The notes beneath the pieces are model-generated. The model saw only the letters and a program-made list of their open reading frames with translations. It made no database searches and had not been told where the DNA came from. From the IMG/VR virus record IMGVR_UViG_3300021446_000194: a stretch of 59,021 nucleotides of DNA; one strand, written 5' to 3'. Source of the stretch: an uncultured virus (IMG/VR IMGVR_UViG_3300021446_000194) (Varidnaviria > Helvetiavirae > Dividoviricota > Laserviricetes > Halopanivirales). Positions 19,076 through 28,452 of this stretch are shown piece by piece (position 1 is the stretch's first letter; every line of letters begins with the position of its first letter). The position numbers were made by a program, and so were the translations under genes.

Positions 19076-19621
19076 ATGAGAAACCAGACGGCAGCAGAAC
19101 TGATCGAGGGTATCGCACAGGCGGGGGTGGCGCTCACCAAGGAAGTTTACACTCGAAGGCAGGAGCGCAAGCAGATGGAGCGTGAGGCGGAGATGAGGCG
19201 GGAGATGATCGAGTTGGAGGCGGACACGTCCAAGAGTAGCGGGGAGGAGTCCGCACCGGAAACGGTGGAGTCTGTGCTCGACCAAGCGGTCGAGACCAGC
19301 GAGAGGTACGACGACCTGCTGAGGAAGGCAGAAAGCAAAGAGGACTGCCAACTCTGCCGGGCGCTGATCTCGCAAGCCCGGGAGAAGCCTCTCCCCCAGC
19401 AGCGGAAGCTGATCCCGGAGCTACGAGAGTTCATCTCGAAGATAGAGGACGACGCGCCGAAGGACGAGTTGATCGAGGCTATCAACCAGAACGCGGCCCT
19501 GAAAGGGCTTCTACAAGAGCATATGAGCGCCGTGCAGGAAGCCGCTGACCCGGGGTCCGGTGTTCCTGCCGGCGACAAGTCTTCTTCGCGCCGGCGTTCT
19601 CTCTCTCGGGGAGACGGATGA
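19076..19621 (+). CDS. Coiled-coil protein with CxxC
   Basis: Helical acidic ORF containing CQLC. Confidence 0.75.
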   Translation: MRNQTAAELIEGIAQAGVALTKEVYTRRQERKQMEREAEMRREMIELEADTSKSSGEESAPETVESVLDQAVETSERYDDLLRKAESKEDCQLCRALISQAREKPLPQQRKLIPELREFISKIEDDAPKDELIEAINQNAALKGLLQEHMSAVQEAADPGSGVPAGDKSSSRRRSLSRGDG

Positions 19622-19764
19622 AGTGGCGAATCTGGCGCTACGTAGTCGGTCGGAAAAGGGTGGAGTGTCCGTACTGCGGTAAGACAAAAACGGTGTGGTC
19701 GATCATCGGTTCGGCTTGGTGGATGTCCCACCACGTGCCGGACTGCTCTGAGAGTGTATCCTGA
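19618..19764 (+). CDS. Small zinc-finger protein (48 aa, MKWRIWRY...CPYCG...HH)
   Basis: Translated by hand; ATGA overlap. Confidence 0.5.
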   Translation: MKWRIWRYVVGRKRVECPYCGKTKTVWSIIGSAWWMSHHVPDCSESVS

Positions 19765-19802
19765 CCCGGAGAGTTTTGGGCCTCCGCCCGGTACGTAGGC
19801 CC

Positions 19803-20159
19803 ATGAGTCAGCGAACACTTACAGATCGAGGCGGGTCCAGTACGGTCGACACGGACGAAGACCGCTGTGGGGCTGCGGTAATGGCCGCAATGGAGGCGAT
19901 CTCGGACCATTGCGGGGCTGATGGTGTCCCTCGGCAGCTTTCCAACGGGATGGTCACGATGGTCCCGAAAGAAGAGATGGAGATGCTGGAAAACATGGCG
20001 CCGGGCGACATGACTGACGAGGACATCGAGATGATGATGGAGGACTCGCCGTGGCTGGATGATTGGACGCACGGAATATGCACGAGTGCGGGCCACGATG
20101 AAGGGACGGGAGCGTACCGGGAGTGCCGTATCGACTTCGCCCGCGAGGCGCTGGAGTGA
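19803..20159 (+). CDS. Hypothetical protein
   Basis: Acidic Met-rich ORF. Confidence 0.7.
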   Translation: MSQRTLTDRGGSSTVDTDEDRCGAAVMAAMEAISDHCGADGVPRQLSNGMVTMVPKEEMEMLENMAPGDMTDEDIEMMMEDSPWLDDWTHGICTSAGHDEGTGAYRECRIDFAREALE

Positions 20160-20230
20160 TCGCGCTCCGGAAATAGAAGCCACCTTTTAACATCTCCTGC
20201 CGTGTTAGAACTACGCGAGGTAGTACCACT

Positions 20231-20416
20231 ATGGTAATGGACGAATCCGAGGCAGTCTCGAAGTACGAGGACGGTATCAACGAGGTCGGGATCGACGCCT
20301 ACCGGCGTGCATCGCAGGAGAACACGGCGTCTGGCGCGGCCCAGATCCTCGAAGACGCGAAGCGCGACAGCATGGACGCTTCGTCCTTCGCAGACAACTA
20401 CCGCGACGGCTACTGA
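20231..20416 (+). CDS. Small helical protein (61 aa)
   Basis: Own CTTTTAAC promoter, biased codons, T-tract downstream. Confidence 0.75.
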   Translation: MVMDESEAVSKYEDGINEVGIDAYRRASQENTASGAAQILEDAKRDSMDASSFADNYRDGY

Positions 20417-20865
20417 AGTCGGCCTGTCGGGGTAGTCCTGCGGACCCATCCCCTCTTTTTGGGTGGGTGCTTTCAGCAGAATAGTTACAACAGAGGCGTT
20501 CTAACCGGACGTATATGTCCACCAGCGACGGCGAGGGGATGTCGATCTCACCGGAAGAGAGGGCTGTAATCCTGCGTATGCGTCAGTCACGGCGAGCGGG
20601 AAACGCAATTTTCAACTACGCGATCAAGTTCTCTGATGACGCAAAGGTCGACCCGGAGGCGTCGCCGTACCGAAGGTAACCGTCAGTCGTCCTGGTCGTC
20701 TCCGAGTGCTTCTTGGATCGCCTCGGCTGCCTCCATGCAGCCGCCCCCGTCCCCCAGCCCTTCGAGGTGGCTCCGGTCAATGTGCTCCGTTTCAGGTTCA
20801 TCAGACATGATGTATTCTGGTTGGGCGGCCCACGTTTTTAGGGTTCCCCCAATATACGGCTTTAC

Positions 20866-23800
20866 ATGGTCTTTCCCACGTTTGAAGTGAAGGTGTCAAA
20901 CCAAGTGCTCCGCCCCACCGTCTCCGCTGCCGATCAGATAACCGACGAAGCGGTGTACGAGGTGTCCGAGAAGGTTCTGAAGACGGAAGTTGTCGACGCC
21001 GGCCAGAACACGTACGCGGAGACGGTCACGGAGTTGGGGGCCGAGGAGGAAGTCAATGTTGAGATGCCGGGGCAGTTCGGAGTGTCAACCGCCAGTCTGA
21101 GCAGTGCACTGAATGACCTGAGCAAGAGACAGGATGTAATCCTGTCCGGGGAGGCGGTGAGCGCAGAGATTGAGGTGGTCGACCCTCAGAGCGGTGATGT
21201 TGTGTCATCCCTCGGGATGAAAGACCCCGAAGAGTTGCGTGACACGCCCGAGCCCCCGCAGATCAACTGGGACGCGGAAGTCGAAATGAACGGTGGCGAC
21301 TTCCGTGAGGTGCACCTCGCGGCGAAGAAGGTCTCTAACAATCTTACTCTGGGGGTCGCGGACAACCCCGAACGGGGAGAGACTGGTAAGGCTCTGCTGG
21401 CCTACGCTGACGGGGACACAGACGACATCGGATTCTACCCGGACTTCGAGTTTACCGGGATCGGGTCCCCGCCTGGGGACGTTGGTGCCATCTACAGCCT
21501 GGACCTTCTTGGGGACCTGAGAAATTCGATTGATAAGCCTTCATCGACGGCTCTACGGCTGCGTTTCAGTGGTGTTGAGTTTCCTGTTGAGGCGAGCTTT
21601 AGTATTGGCCCCGAATCTGAGACTAGCGTCCGATACATCGTCAGTCCGAGACTCAAGCAAACCGACTGGGAGCTGACCGATGACCTCGGTGCTATCGACC
21701 CCTCAAGCTACGGGTTTTCCGAGGTCGGGTTCCGGCTCGGCACCGACGGTGAGCATGGCCGCGCCTTGTTCGATCTGATGGGCATGTACGCCGACGAGTA
21801 CCGGATCATCGCCCGCGAGACGGGGATCGAGAGTGCGTCTATAGACCCAGCTAACGTCGGGCTGATCTCGACACAGGCCGACCCCAGCTACTTCGACATC
21901 TACGAGGAAGTGGCTGGGTTCCCCCAGCAGCAGGTTGGTATTGCGTCACGGAACATCGAGGAGTTGCTGAAGCGGTTTAACAAGAGGGACGACTTCGAGC
22001 TTGCGGTGTCGTCCAATCGTCGGTACGTGGCGCTCCAGCACCCATTGTTCACCGCCCGCCTCGCAACAATAGACCCGGATGCAATCAGGGCCGACCCCAG
22101 CCTGCCGGATCTGGAACTTACCTCTGAGGCGCAGGTGCCCTCGGACGAGTTGGTTAATACGCTGTCCCCGATGGTCGGCAAGGATAGAGTTGCTGGGTAC
22201 ATCGTCGGGAACGGTGAAGCGTGGTTGGTCGCCGATGCTTTCAGCGGTGGGTCCGCGTCCCAATTGCAGACAAGCTCAGTTAACGGGCGCGCGTTCACGG
22301 CGCTGTCGGGTGAATATCTTGGGAAGATGATCGACGCCATTCCAGGCATTCCCGGTGGTTCCGTGAGAATGAGAGCCGGAGTGGAGCTTCCCGTTGCGTT
22401 CGAGTACCAGACCGGCGGCGGCGATCTCACGGCTGTCTCCACAATTGCCCCACGCCAAATAACGGACGACTTCCCCGAGAAGATCCGCGATATGAAGGAG
22501 GCGATCCCAAACGGTCGGGATGTCCTGAACTGGATAGACCCGGCGAACCCCGACGACTGGGACAACCCTGATTTCTCGGTGTCCGCATTCTCGGGCGCCA
22601 AGATAGAGCCGCTTTCGGAGCGCGTTCGGGCTGAGCGTCTCCAGTCCTACCCCGTGGAGCTTGATGTCGAGTTCACCCATTTCGGGGAGTCCGACGAGGC
22701 GTGGTCCTACGAGGTGGATGAAATGGAAGTCACCGGGAACAGAGGAAGGAAGCGAGACACCACAGTCTACCTCGAACTGGAAGACGGCGAAGACTTCGGC
22801 GCTTCCGACAACGCCATCCGGAGTGCGTTGGAGGATGTGGGCGACGCCTTCGACTTCAGCCTGATCGACACGGGTGAGCGCGTCGCGCAGGCGACGTTCA
22901 GCTCTGAAGACGAGTACACAGTCGAGCTACTGAACGTCCAGCCAAATACCAATCACGCGATCACCACCTCCGACGGGTACCGGATTCGCAGTCTCACCCG
23001 GGACGACAACGAGTACATCTACACCAGCGCCCCGGACGAAACGCCCGCAGAGGGGCGGGTCGCCTTTCGGGCCGTCGAGGACCCGCAGGGGAGCACGTTC
23101 GGATTCTATCTCGACATGATCGACAACGACGATGTTGAGGCGCGAGCGAGCGTTACTGGGCTGCCTTCTATTAGCCAAGCCTACGGGGCTATGGTAGAGT
23201 GGATTAGGAACCACACGTTAGAAGATGCCGTCGAGACCGCTGGCGGCGAAGTGACCGTCTCCGACCGCGAGGTGCGCGACCAGCTATCGGAGTTGGCTGA
23301 CACGTACGTCGACTACAACATGGAGGAGCGGCCGGGGAGTGGCGTCGATGAAGGGGAGTTCTATGCAGCCCTCGTCGGGAAACTTAACGTCCTTCCTGAC
23401 GCTTCCCACCGGGCAGACATCAGCGTCCGAACCCCGACTGAGCAGCGCCCTACATACAAGGTCGACTGGACGGTATCCATCATGCCAAGTCGCCTGGGTG
23501 GGCTGGTAGACAGTCAGCACCTCGGCGATAATGACATTGGGGAGACCGACGACAAGGCTGACGTTCCCGGGATGGTGGAGGAGGCGATCCGTACCCTCAG
23601 CGGCTACAGTCCATACCTCGCTCGACGCGACAACGAGGATGTCCCGCCTCAGAACGCGCGTAACCTCCCGGGATTCCGCGAGAACGACATCCGGAGCTAC
23701 GTCGACGCATCGCTCCCGGTGCCGAAAGAAGAACTTGCTTCTGAGATCGCGGCGGACGCCGACGGTCCGCCGGTCGAACTAGAGGAGGTGTCGCAGGTGG

Positions 23801-26800
23801 GCCCATCCCGCGCGGAGGTGTTGGAAGAAGACGGTGTGTTCGACGTGATTGACGTGGCGGTCCTCCTGTCGTCCACCAAGACGAGCTTCCTCTCTACGAC
23901 GCTGGTCAATCTTCCCGAGACACCACGGGAAAGCATACAGGAGGCAGCAGCAAAAGTGTGGGCTCGGTACATCTGGCCGAAGCGTGAGCTACCCGACGGG
24001 TATGATCGTATCGGGTCAGGCGACGCGGAGCCCCCAGAAACCGACAGCGATCCCGTGCTGGAGGAAGATACGTCTCCGGAACCGCCGGACATCGACGATC
24101 TCCCCTCTGCGTTCGGCGACTGGGAAGCGACGACGATGGACGACGCAAGCCCGGTGTACGCCCGCGAGTTTGAGATCAACGGCGTCGAGGTGCAGTCTCA
24201 GGTGTCTGTTCAGCCAGCCAACGATGGTGAGACGTGGGAGGTTATCCACAGCATTGCCACGTTCGGCGATGATGGATCTGAGGTAAACTCGTTCACCGTC
24301 GACACAGGGTACGAGTCGGTGGAGATGGCTGTGCCCTTCCTCGCTACCTACCTTGGGGACGAGGCTCTCGAAGACATCGCCGAGAAGATGCCCTCGGTTG
24401 AGGCTCCCCCGGACGATGAAGATGAAGAGGAGGCTGCCATGGAACCCGACTCTGACCCTGACCCGTCTGAAACGCCTGAGCAGCCCCCGGAGCCGTCTGA
24501 CGGCGGCGGAGACGGCGGCGACAATGTGTTTCCCATCGAGGCTGAAGTGACGCTGGTTTTGGATGACGGCGAGGCGGTGGTCGACGTGGAGGCGTCGAAC
24601 CTCGACGCCGTCGATGAGGAGACGTTGGGCGACTTCTTCGACCTCATGGAGATCGTCGCCGACCCCACGTTCCGGGACCCACCGGATTTCATCGCGCGCG
24701 CTGTGTTCGAGTCGCCGATGGAGTACGACTTCGTGGAGTACAACGAAGCGACGGAAGGGCTAGACCCCGAAGACTTCGACCCGCCCGGTGGGTTCGAGAC
24801 CACTACCGACGAGGGCGTGACCAAGCCCGACATGGAGCCGCTGGAGACGTGGCGTGCTCCGGGGGGTGAGCAGGTAGAGATATATCGAACTACGGTTTAT
24901 ATCAACCCGCCCCTCAGCGACTTCACTGTCGAGGCCGACATCCCGCCGGAGACGGCGCAAGAAGTGGTCCGGAACATCGAGGGGTACACGCTGCTCAACG
25001 AGCGAGAAGAGCAAGAGCCCTCGCAACCGCAGGACCAGGACTCCCAGGAACCCCCGGAACCGTCACGCAGTGAAGGCACCGACGAGTCAGAGACTGAGGA
25101 AAGACCTACCCCGAAGGCGGACGAACCGGATGTTACTGTGAGCGAACGCGAAGACGAAAAGTCCGTTCGAGGCGTCCCGGTGAGCACGATCCCGGATGTG
25201 CTCGAACCCGTCCTTCCGGGCGTCGAGGTTGAGGTGGACGTGACAGGGAACGTCGTGGAGCTTCGGGAGAACGTTGTCCCCGACGCGCAGGACCTCTTCG
25301 ACGGAGAGCCTGCGGTCGTAACCGCCCAGACAGGCGAGGGCAGCGACCTCTTCGAGCAGGCTGTGGTAGCGTACAACGCTGCTGTCGATACTGATCCCCT
25401 CGACGTGGAGGCGGTCAACGACGCAAGACGCAACGCTGATCTCGACATCCCCCTGCTCGATGAATCCCCGGCGGTGAGTGAAAGCGAAGAGCCGGAGCCC
25501 GAACCTGTTGGCGGCGAAGACCTGCCGGTCACTGACCAGGATCGGGTTGAGCTACAGGAACTTGCTGAGGTCCTTAACAACGAGCAGATTCCGGGAGAAA
25601 CCCGGGCGGAGGAGGCCAGCGAGACCGTCGACAGCATCTTGCAGTCGGCATATCCCAACACCATCGAAGACTCGCGTGTTGATCTGGACTTCGGCCGTGG
25701 CGGCGGTCTTCGTGCGTTGGTTCTGACAGCCCAACTTACCTCTCAGAAGCGGGACGACATCGCTGGTAGGTCTATCTGGGCTGACCCCGGTCCGCAGGGA
25801 GGGACTGTCGTCCAGTTCCGGATACTCGGCGATCCCAACAACCCCGTCTCTCTGATCCAGTCTTTCGAGAAGGTGATGGACGGGCTGGATGAGACACGGC
25901 CAGGGAACCAGCGCCTCAAAGACAAGCTCGACCACATCGAGGACTTCACCACGTTCAAGTTCGTCCGAGGGAACGTCGATCTTGACAAGTCGTTCATCAG
26001 CGCCCCGGAAATGCGGGCGCTACTCCCCGAACTGGCTGAAGAGATACAGAGGAGTTTCGACGCCCACCTCCAGAACATCGACGCTGCGTACTACGCTGCT
26101 CAGAAGGTACACGAGGTAGACACGGGCGGAGACATCCGCGGCCGTTTGGAGCAGTCCGTGGGCGACTTCCCATCTCCCGGTTCGCGTGCAGAGATGCTCG
26201 AAAAGGCGTTGGGCGCGCTGGACTCTGGCGACTTCGAGCCCGGTGTGTTCTTCCGTCGGTACTACGACTCCATCGCCCGTGACACGCCTTCGGATATCTG
26301 GGAGGAGCGCGGTATCGTCACCGACGACGATGAAGAGGAAGAGTCCGAACCGGAGCCCGAACCGGAGTCGGAACCAGAACCGGACTCCACTGAACGCGAA
26401 CCTGGACCCGAACCCGAGTCCGAGCCGTCCCCGGGCGGTGAAGAGCCGACCCAGCAGGGTGTCGAGGAGAAGGATACCTCATTCTCCGAGATGTCTGAGG
26501 TGGTGACAGACCTCTCTGCTGTGGAAGAAGAGTTGGAGGAAGTGGTCGGCAACACCAGACTCGGCGACATCGGCGACCCCACAGTCGCCGACGAAGCACG
26601 GGAGGCGCTGACCGAAGTGCAGGAGATTAAGGGTGTGTTGAGTGAGAAGTCGCTGGGGGAGGTCCAGCCCTCGGATATCACGCAAGCCCGCTTCGCCGTC
26701 GATATCGGACAGGCTGCTGTCGAGAACATGGAGACCGCCGCCGAAGAGTCAGCGGACCCCGGGCCTGAACCCCAGCCTGAGCCCACTCCCGAGCCCCAAC

Positions 26801-27327
26801 CCGAGCCCACTTCGGAGCCCCAACCCGAGCCTGTTGGCGAGTTCAACACCTTCGAGCAGGCCGTCGAGGAACGCGGGCCTATCCAAGTGGAGGTGTTCGC
26901 GCTGGAGCGCGGCTTCGGTAACGTATTCGGGCTTCGGCTCCCCGACCAGCCGGAACTGACGCAGAAGGAGGGGGAGGGCGTCGCCGATCAGGTTGCCCAA
27001 GAGCTGTTCAGCGAAGTCGACCCCGACGAGTACGCCCCAGGCGAGGCTATCGGAACGGCTGTCGTCTCACCTGACCGCGTCGAGAGTATCGAAGTGGGCG
27101 GCGTCACGGACGACCAGCCAGCCCAACCTGCGACTGATCCCGAACCGCAGTCCGGTGGGTCTGCCGCGGAGCAGATGGGCCGGATGGATACCGGCGACGT
27201 GGAGATTGATGAGCTAACCATCGAGGATCTGGACATCGAGGAGGTGCGGGTCGGTGATGTCACCGCGGAGAACGTCAACACCAAAGACGTGCGGGACATT
27301 CGGTCCGACATCGAAGAAGACATCTGA
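20866..27327 (+). CDS. 2153-aa acidic protein with two tandem N-terminal PCNA domains, a central HhH motif and Pro/Glu linkers
   Basis: Domain 1: DPEELRDTPEPP, ADGDTDD, YSLDLL, EFPV, YIVSPR. Domain 2: IDPANVG, IDPDAIRADPSLPDLEL, EYLGKMIDAIP, GVELPV, IAPR. HhH: LEEVSQVGPSRAEVLEEDG. Confidence 0.85.
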   Translation: MVFPTFEVKVSNQVLRPTVSAADQITDEAVYEVSEKVLKTEVVDAGQNTYAETVTELGAEEEVNVEMPGQFGVSTASLSSALNDLSKRQDVILSGEAVSAEIEVVDPQSGDVVSSLGMKDPEELRDTPEPPQINWDAEVEMNGGDFREVHLAAKKVSNNLTLGVADNPERGETGKALLAYADGDTDDIGFYPDFEFTGIGSPPGDVGAIYSLDLLGDLRNSIDKPSSTALRLRFSGVEFPVEASFSIGPESETSVRYIVSPRLKQTDWELTDDLGAIDPSSYGFSEVGFRLGTDGEHGRALFDLMGMYADEYRIIARETGIESASIDPANVGLISTQADPSYFDIYEEVAGFPQQQVGIASRNIEELLKRFNKRDDFELAVSSNRRYVALQHPLFTARLATIDPDAIRADPSLPDLELTSEAQVPSDELVNTLSPMVGKDRVAGYIVGNGEAWLVADAFSGGSASQLQTSSVNGRAFTALSGEYLGKMIDAIPGIPGGSVRMRAGVELPVAFEYQTGGGDLTAVSTIAPRQITDDFPEKIRDMKEAIPNGRDVLNWIDPANPDDWDNPDFSVSAFSGAKIEPLSERVRAERLQSYPVELDVEFTHFGESDEAWSYEVDEMEVTGNRGRKRDTTVYLELEDGEDFGASDNAIRSALEDVGDAFDFSLIDTGERVAQATFSSEDEYTVELLNVQPNTNHAITTSDGYRIRSLTRDDNEYIYTSAPDETPAEGRVAFRAVEDPQGSTFGFYLDMIDNDDVEARASVTGLPSISQAYGAMVEWIRNHTLEDAVETAGGEVTVSDREVRDQLSELADTYVDYNMEERPGSGVDEGEFYAALVGKLNVLPDASHRADISVRTPTEQRPTYKVDWTVSIMPSRLGGLVDSQHLGDNDIGETDDKADVPGMVEEAIRTLSGYSPYLARRDNEDVPPQNARNLPGFRENDIRSYVDASLPVPKEELASEIAADADGPPVELEEVSQVGPSRAEVLEEDGVFDVIDVAVLLSSTKTSFLSTTLVNLPETPRESIQEAAAKVWARYIWPKRELPDGYDRIGSGDAEPPETDSDPVLEEDTSPEPPDIDDLPSAFGDWEATTMDDASPVYAREFEINGVEVQSQVSVQPANDGETWEVIHSIATFGDDGSEVNSFTVDTGYESVEMAVPFLATYLGDEALEDIAEKMPSVEAPPDDEDEEEAAMEPDSDPDPSETPEQPPEPSDGGGDGGDNVFPIEAEVTLVLDDGEAVVDVEASNLDAVDEETLGDFFDLMEIVADPTFRDPPDFIARAVFESPMEYDFVEYNEATEGLDPEDFDPPGGFETTTDEGVTKPDMEPLETWRAPGGEQVEIYRTTVYINPPLSDFTVEADIPPETAQEVVRNIEGYTLLNEREEQEPSQPQDQDSQEPPEPSRSEGTDESETEERPTPKADEPDVTVSEREDEKSVRGVPVSTIPDVLEPVLPGVEVEVDVTGNVVELRENVVPDAQDLFDGEPAVVTAQTGEGSDLFEQAVVAYNAAVDTDPLDVEAVNDARRNADLDIPLLDESPAVSESEEPEPEPVGGEDLPVTDQDRVELQELAEVLNNEQIPGETRAEEASETVDSILQSAYPNTIEDSRVDLDFGRGGGLRALVLTAQLTSQKRDDIAGRSIWADPGPQGGTVVQFRILGDPNNPVSLIQSFEKVMDGLDETRPGNQRLKDKLDHIEDFTTFKFVRGNVDLDKSFISAPEMRALLPELAEEIQRSFDAHLQNIDAAYYAAQKVHEVDTGGDIRGRLEQSVGDFPSPGSRAEMLEKALGALDSGDFEPGVFFRRYYDSIARDTPSDIWEERGIVTDDDEEEESEPEPEPESEPEPDSTEREPGPEPESEPSPGGEEPTQQGVEEKDTSFSEMSEVVTDLSAVEEELEEVVGNTRLGDIGDPTVADEAREALTEVQEIKGVLSEKSLGEVQPSDITQARFAVDIGQAAVENMETAAEESADPGPEPQPEPTPEPQPEPTSEPQPEPVGEFNTFEQAVEERGPIQVEVFALERGFGNVFGLRLPDQPELTQKEGEGVADQVAQELFSEVDPDEYAPGEAIGTAVVSPDRVESIEVGGVTDDQPAQPATDPEPQSGGSAAEQMGRMDTGDVEIDELTIEDLDIEEVRVGDVTAENVNTKDVRDIRSDIEEDI
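26764..26833 (+). repeat. Tandem coding repeat (PEPQPEPT)n
   Basis: About 24-nt units such as GAGCCCACTCCCGAGCCCCAACCC. Confidence 0.8.
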
Positions 27328-27406
27328 CACGTCGGTGGTTTGTTGGGGCTATGTAATCCTTTCCCATACAGCAGTTTTGTCAACCCCCGCGCCGTTGGTA
27401 TATGAT

Positions 27407-27832
27407 ATGAGGAGAACGGTCGAAGTTATTCCCCCATCGGTGGTGACTGCTCCCGTTCCTGCTGGCGACGACGCGGACTATTCGGTGTATCCGCCTCGCC
27501 TTCTCCTTCCGGGAGAGGCGGTCCGGTGGTCGTCAGACCTCCACCACGTCTGCCCCCGCTGCTGGGACGTATTCACCCTCCGAAAGCACGATTTTGATGT
27601 CTCGGAGGGTGGTGATATAACGGTGAGTTCGTCCGTCGCCTGTCCGCTGTGCGGTCTCCATACCTATATTCGAGATGGGAAGCACGAGGACCCACTCGAA
27701 GAATATGGGAGCCCAGCAGAGGACTGGGAACAAGCCCGCCGAGAACGAGTCCAGTTACTTTTGGGGTACCGCCCCACGGCCACCCAATTAGTGATTAAAC
27801 AGCACTATCCGGGGTTCTCTCCCAACGTCTGA
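27407..27832 (+). CDS. Zinc-binding protein, DUF6527-like
   Basis: CPRC...ITVSSSVACPLCGLHTYIRDG. Confidence 0.5.
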   Translation: MRRTVEVIPPSVVTAPVPAGDDADYSVYPPRLLLPGEAVRWSSDLHHVCPRCWDVFTLRKHDFDVSEGGDITVSSSVACPLCGLHTYIRDGKHEDPLEEYGSPAEDWEQARRERVQLLLGYRPTATQLVIKQHYPGFSPNV

Positions 27833-27950
27833 GTACCGCCGTATCGTAGCACCCTGTGGCGTCGACGGCCGTCGTTTTTGCGCTCCCAAATATGACCCCA
27901 CTTCGGCGCCTCCCCCGTGAGACCTAACCCAATGCGGCGGGTAGTGGCGG

Positions 27951-28223
27951 GTGGATATGAAGGGATCAGAGCCAGCAGGACATAGCGAACGGAAGGTGCA
28001 GGCCCTCGCTCTACTCCGCGCACACGGGCCGCTGACGGTGGCTGAGGTCGCCGATGCTGCTGGGGTCACTAAGACCAACATGGAGAACGTGCTCATGCGC
28101 TGTCGTCGGTCTGGATACGTCGAGAGTGAGGGTGGAGAGTTCCGGCCGGGGCAGGGTCAACAGCCCGCGGAGTACGATGTGACCAGCCGGGGCGTGGCGC
28201 GGCTCCAGTACGAGGGCCGGTGA
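27951..28223 (+). CDS. Winged-helix transcription regulator
   Basis: GPLTVAEVADAAGVTKTNMENVL...GYVE...YDVTSRG. Confidence 0.85.
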   Translation: MDMKGSEPAGHSERKVQALALLRAHGPLTVAEVADAAGVTKTNMENVLMRCRRSGYVESEGGEFRPGQGQQPAEYDVTSRGVARLQYEGR

Positions 28224-28320
28224 GGCTGGATCTGGCTTAGGGAGGTATGGGGTGGCGATGGCTGGGGAGGTGAGATCGGGGCTGAGGTGGTGTCAACTGA
28301 TCTACCGCTAAGTTGTGCAA

Positions 28321-28452
28321 GACGTTAAACGTCTTTTCGTAACTTTACTTTTCCGCGCTAAACAAAGTTGTTTTGGCGTGTTAGTCGCTCTACTCACTGT
28401 TAACCGTGAGAACAGGGTGCGGAAATATGTATTTCCGAAGGACTTAACTACC
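28321..28452 (+). promoter_or_regulatory. AT-rich control region with palindromes and a BRE/TATA-like box
   Basis: GACGTTAAACGTC (28321), CTCAC-N8-GTGAG (28393), GGAAATA-TG-TATTTCC (28421), then GAAGGACTTAAC. Confidence 0.6.

Noticed and set aside
22456..23300. Third PCNA domain completing a single-chain ring
   Set aside because: Apart from a chance IDPAN, the PCNA motif order is not recognisable by eye; structure prediction is needed to exclude it fully
20866..27327. Tape-measure protein of a tailed virus
   Set aside because: It has globular domains and Pro/Glu linkers rather than long Ala/Gly helices, and no tail, portal or terminase genes are seen
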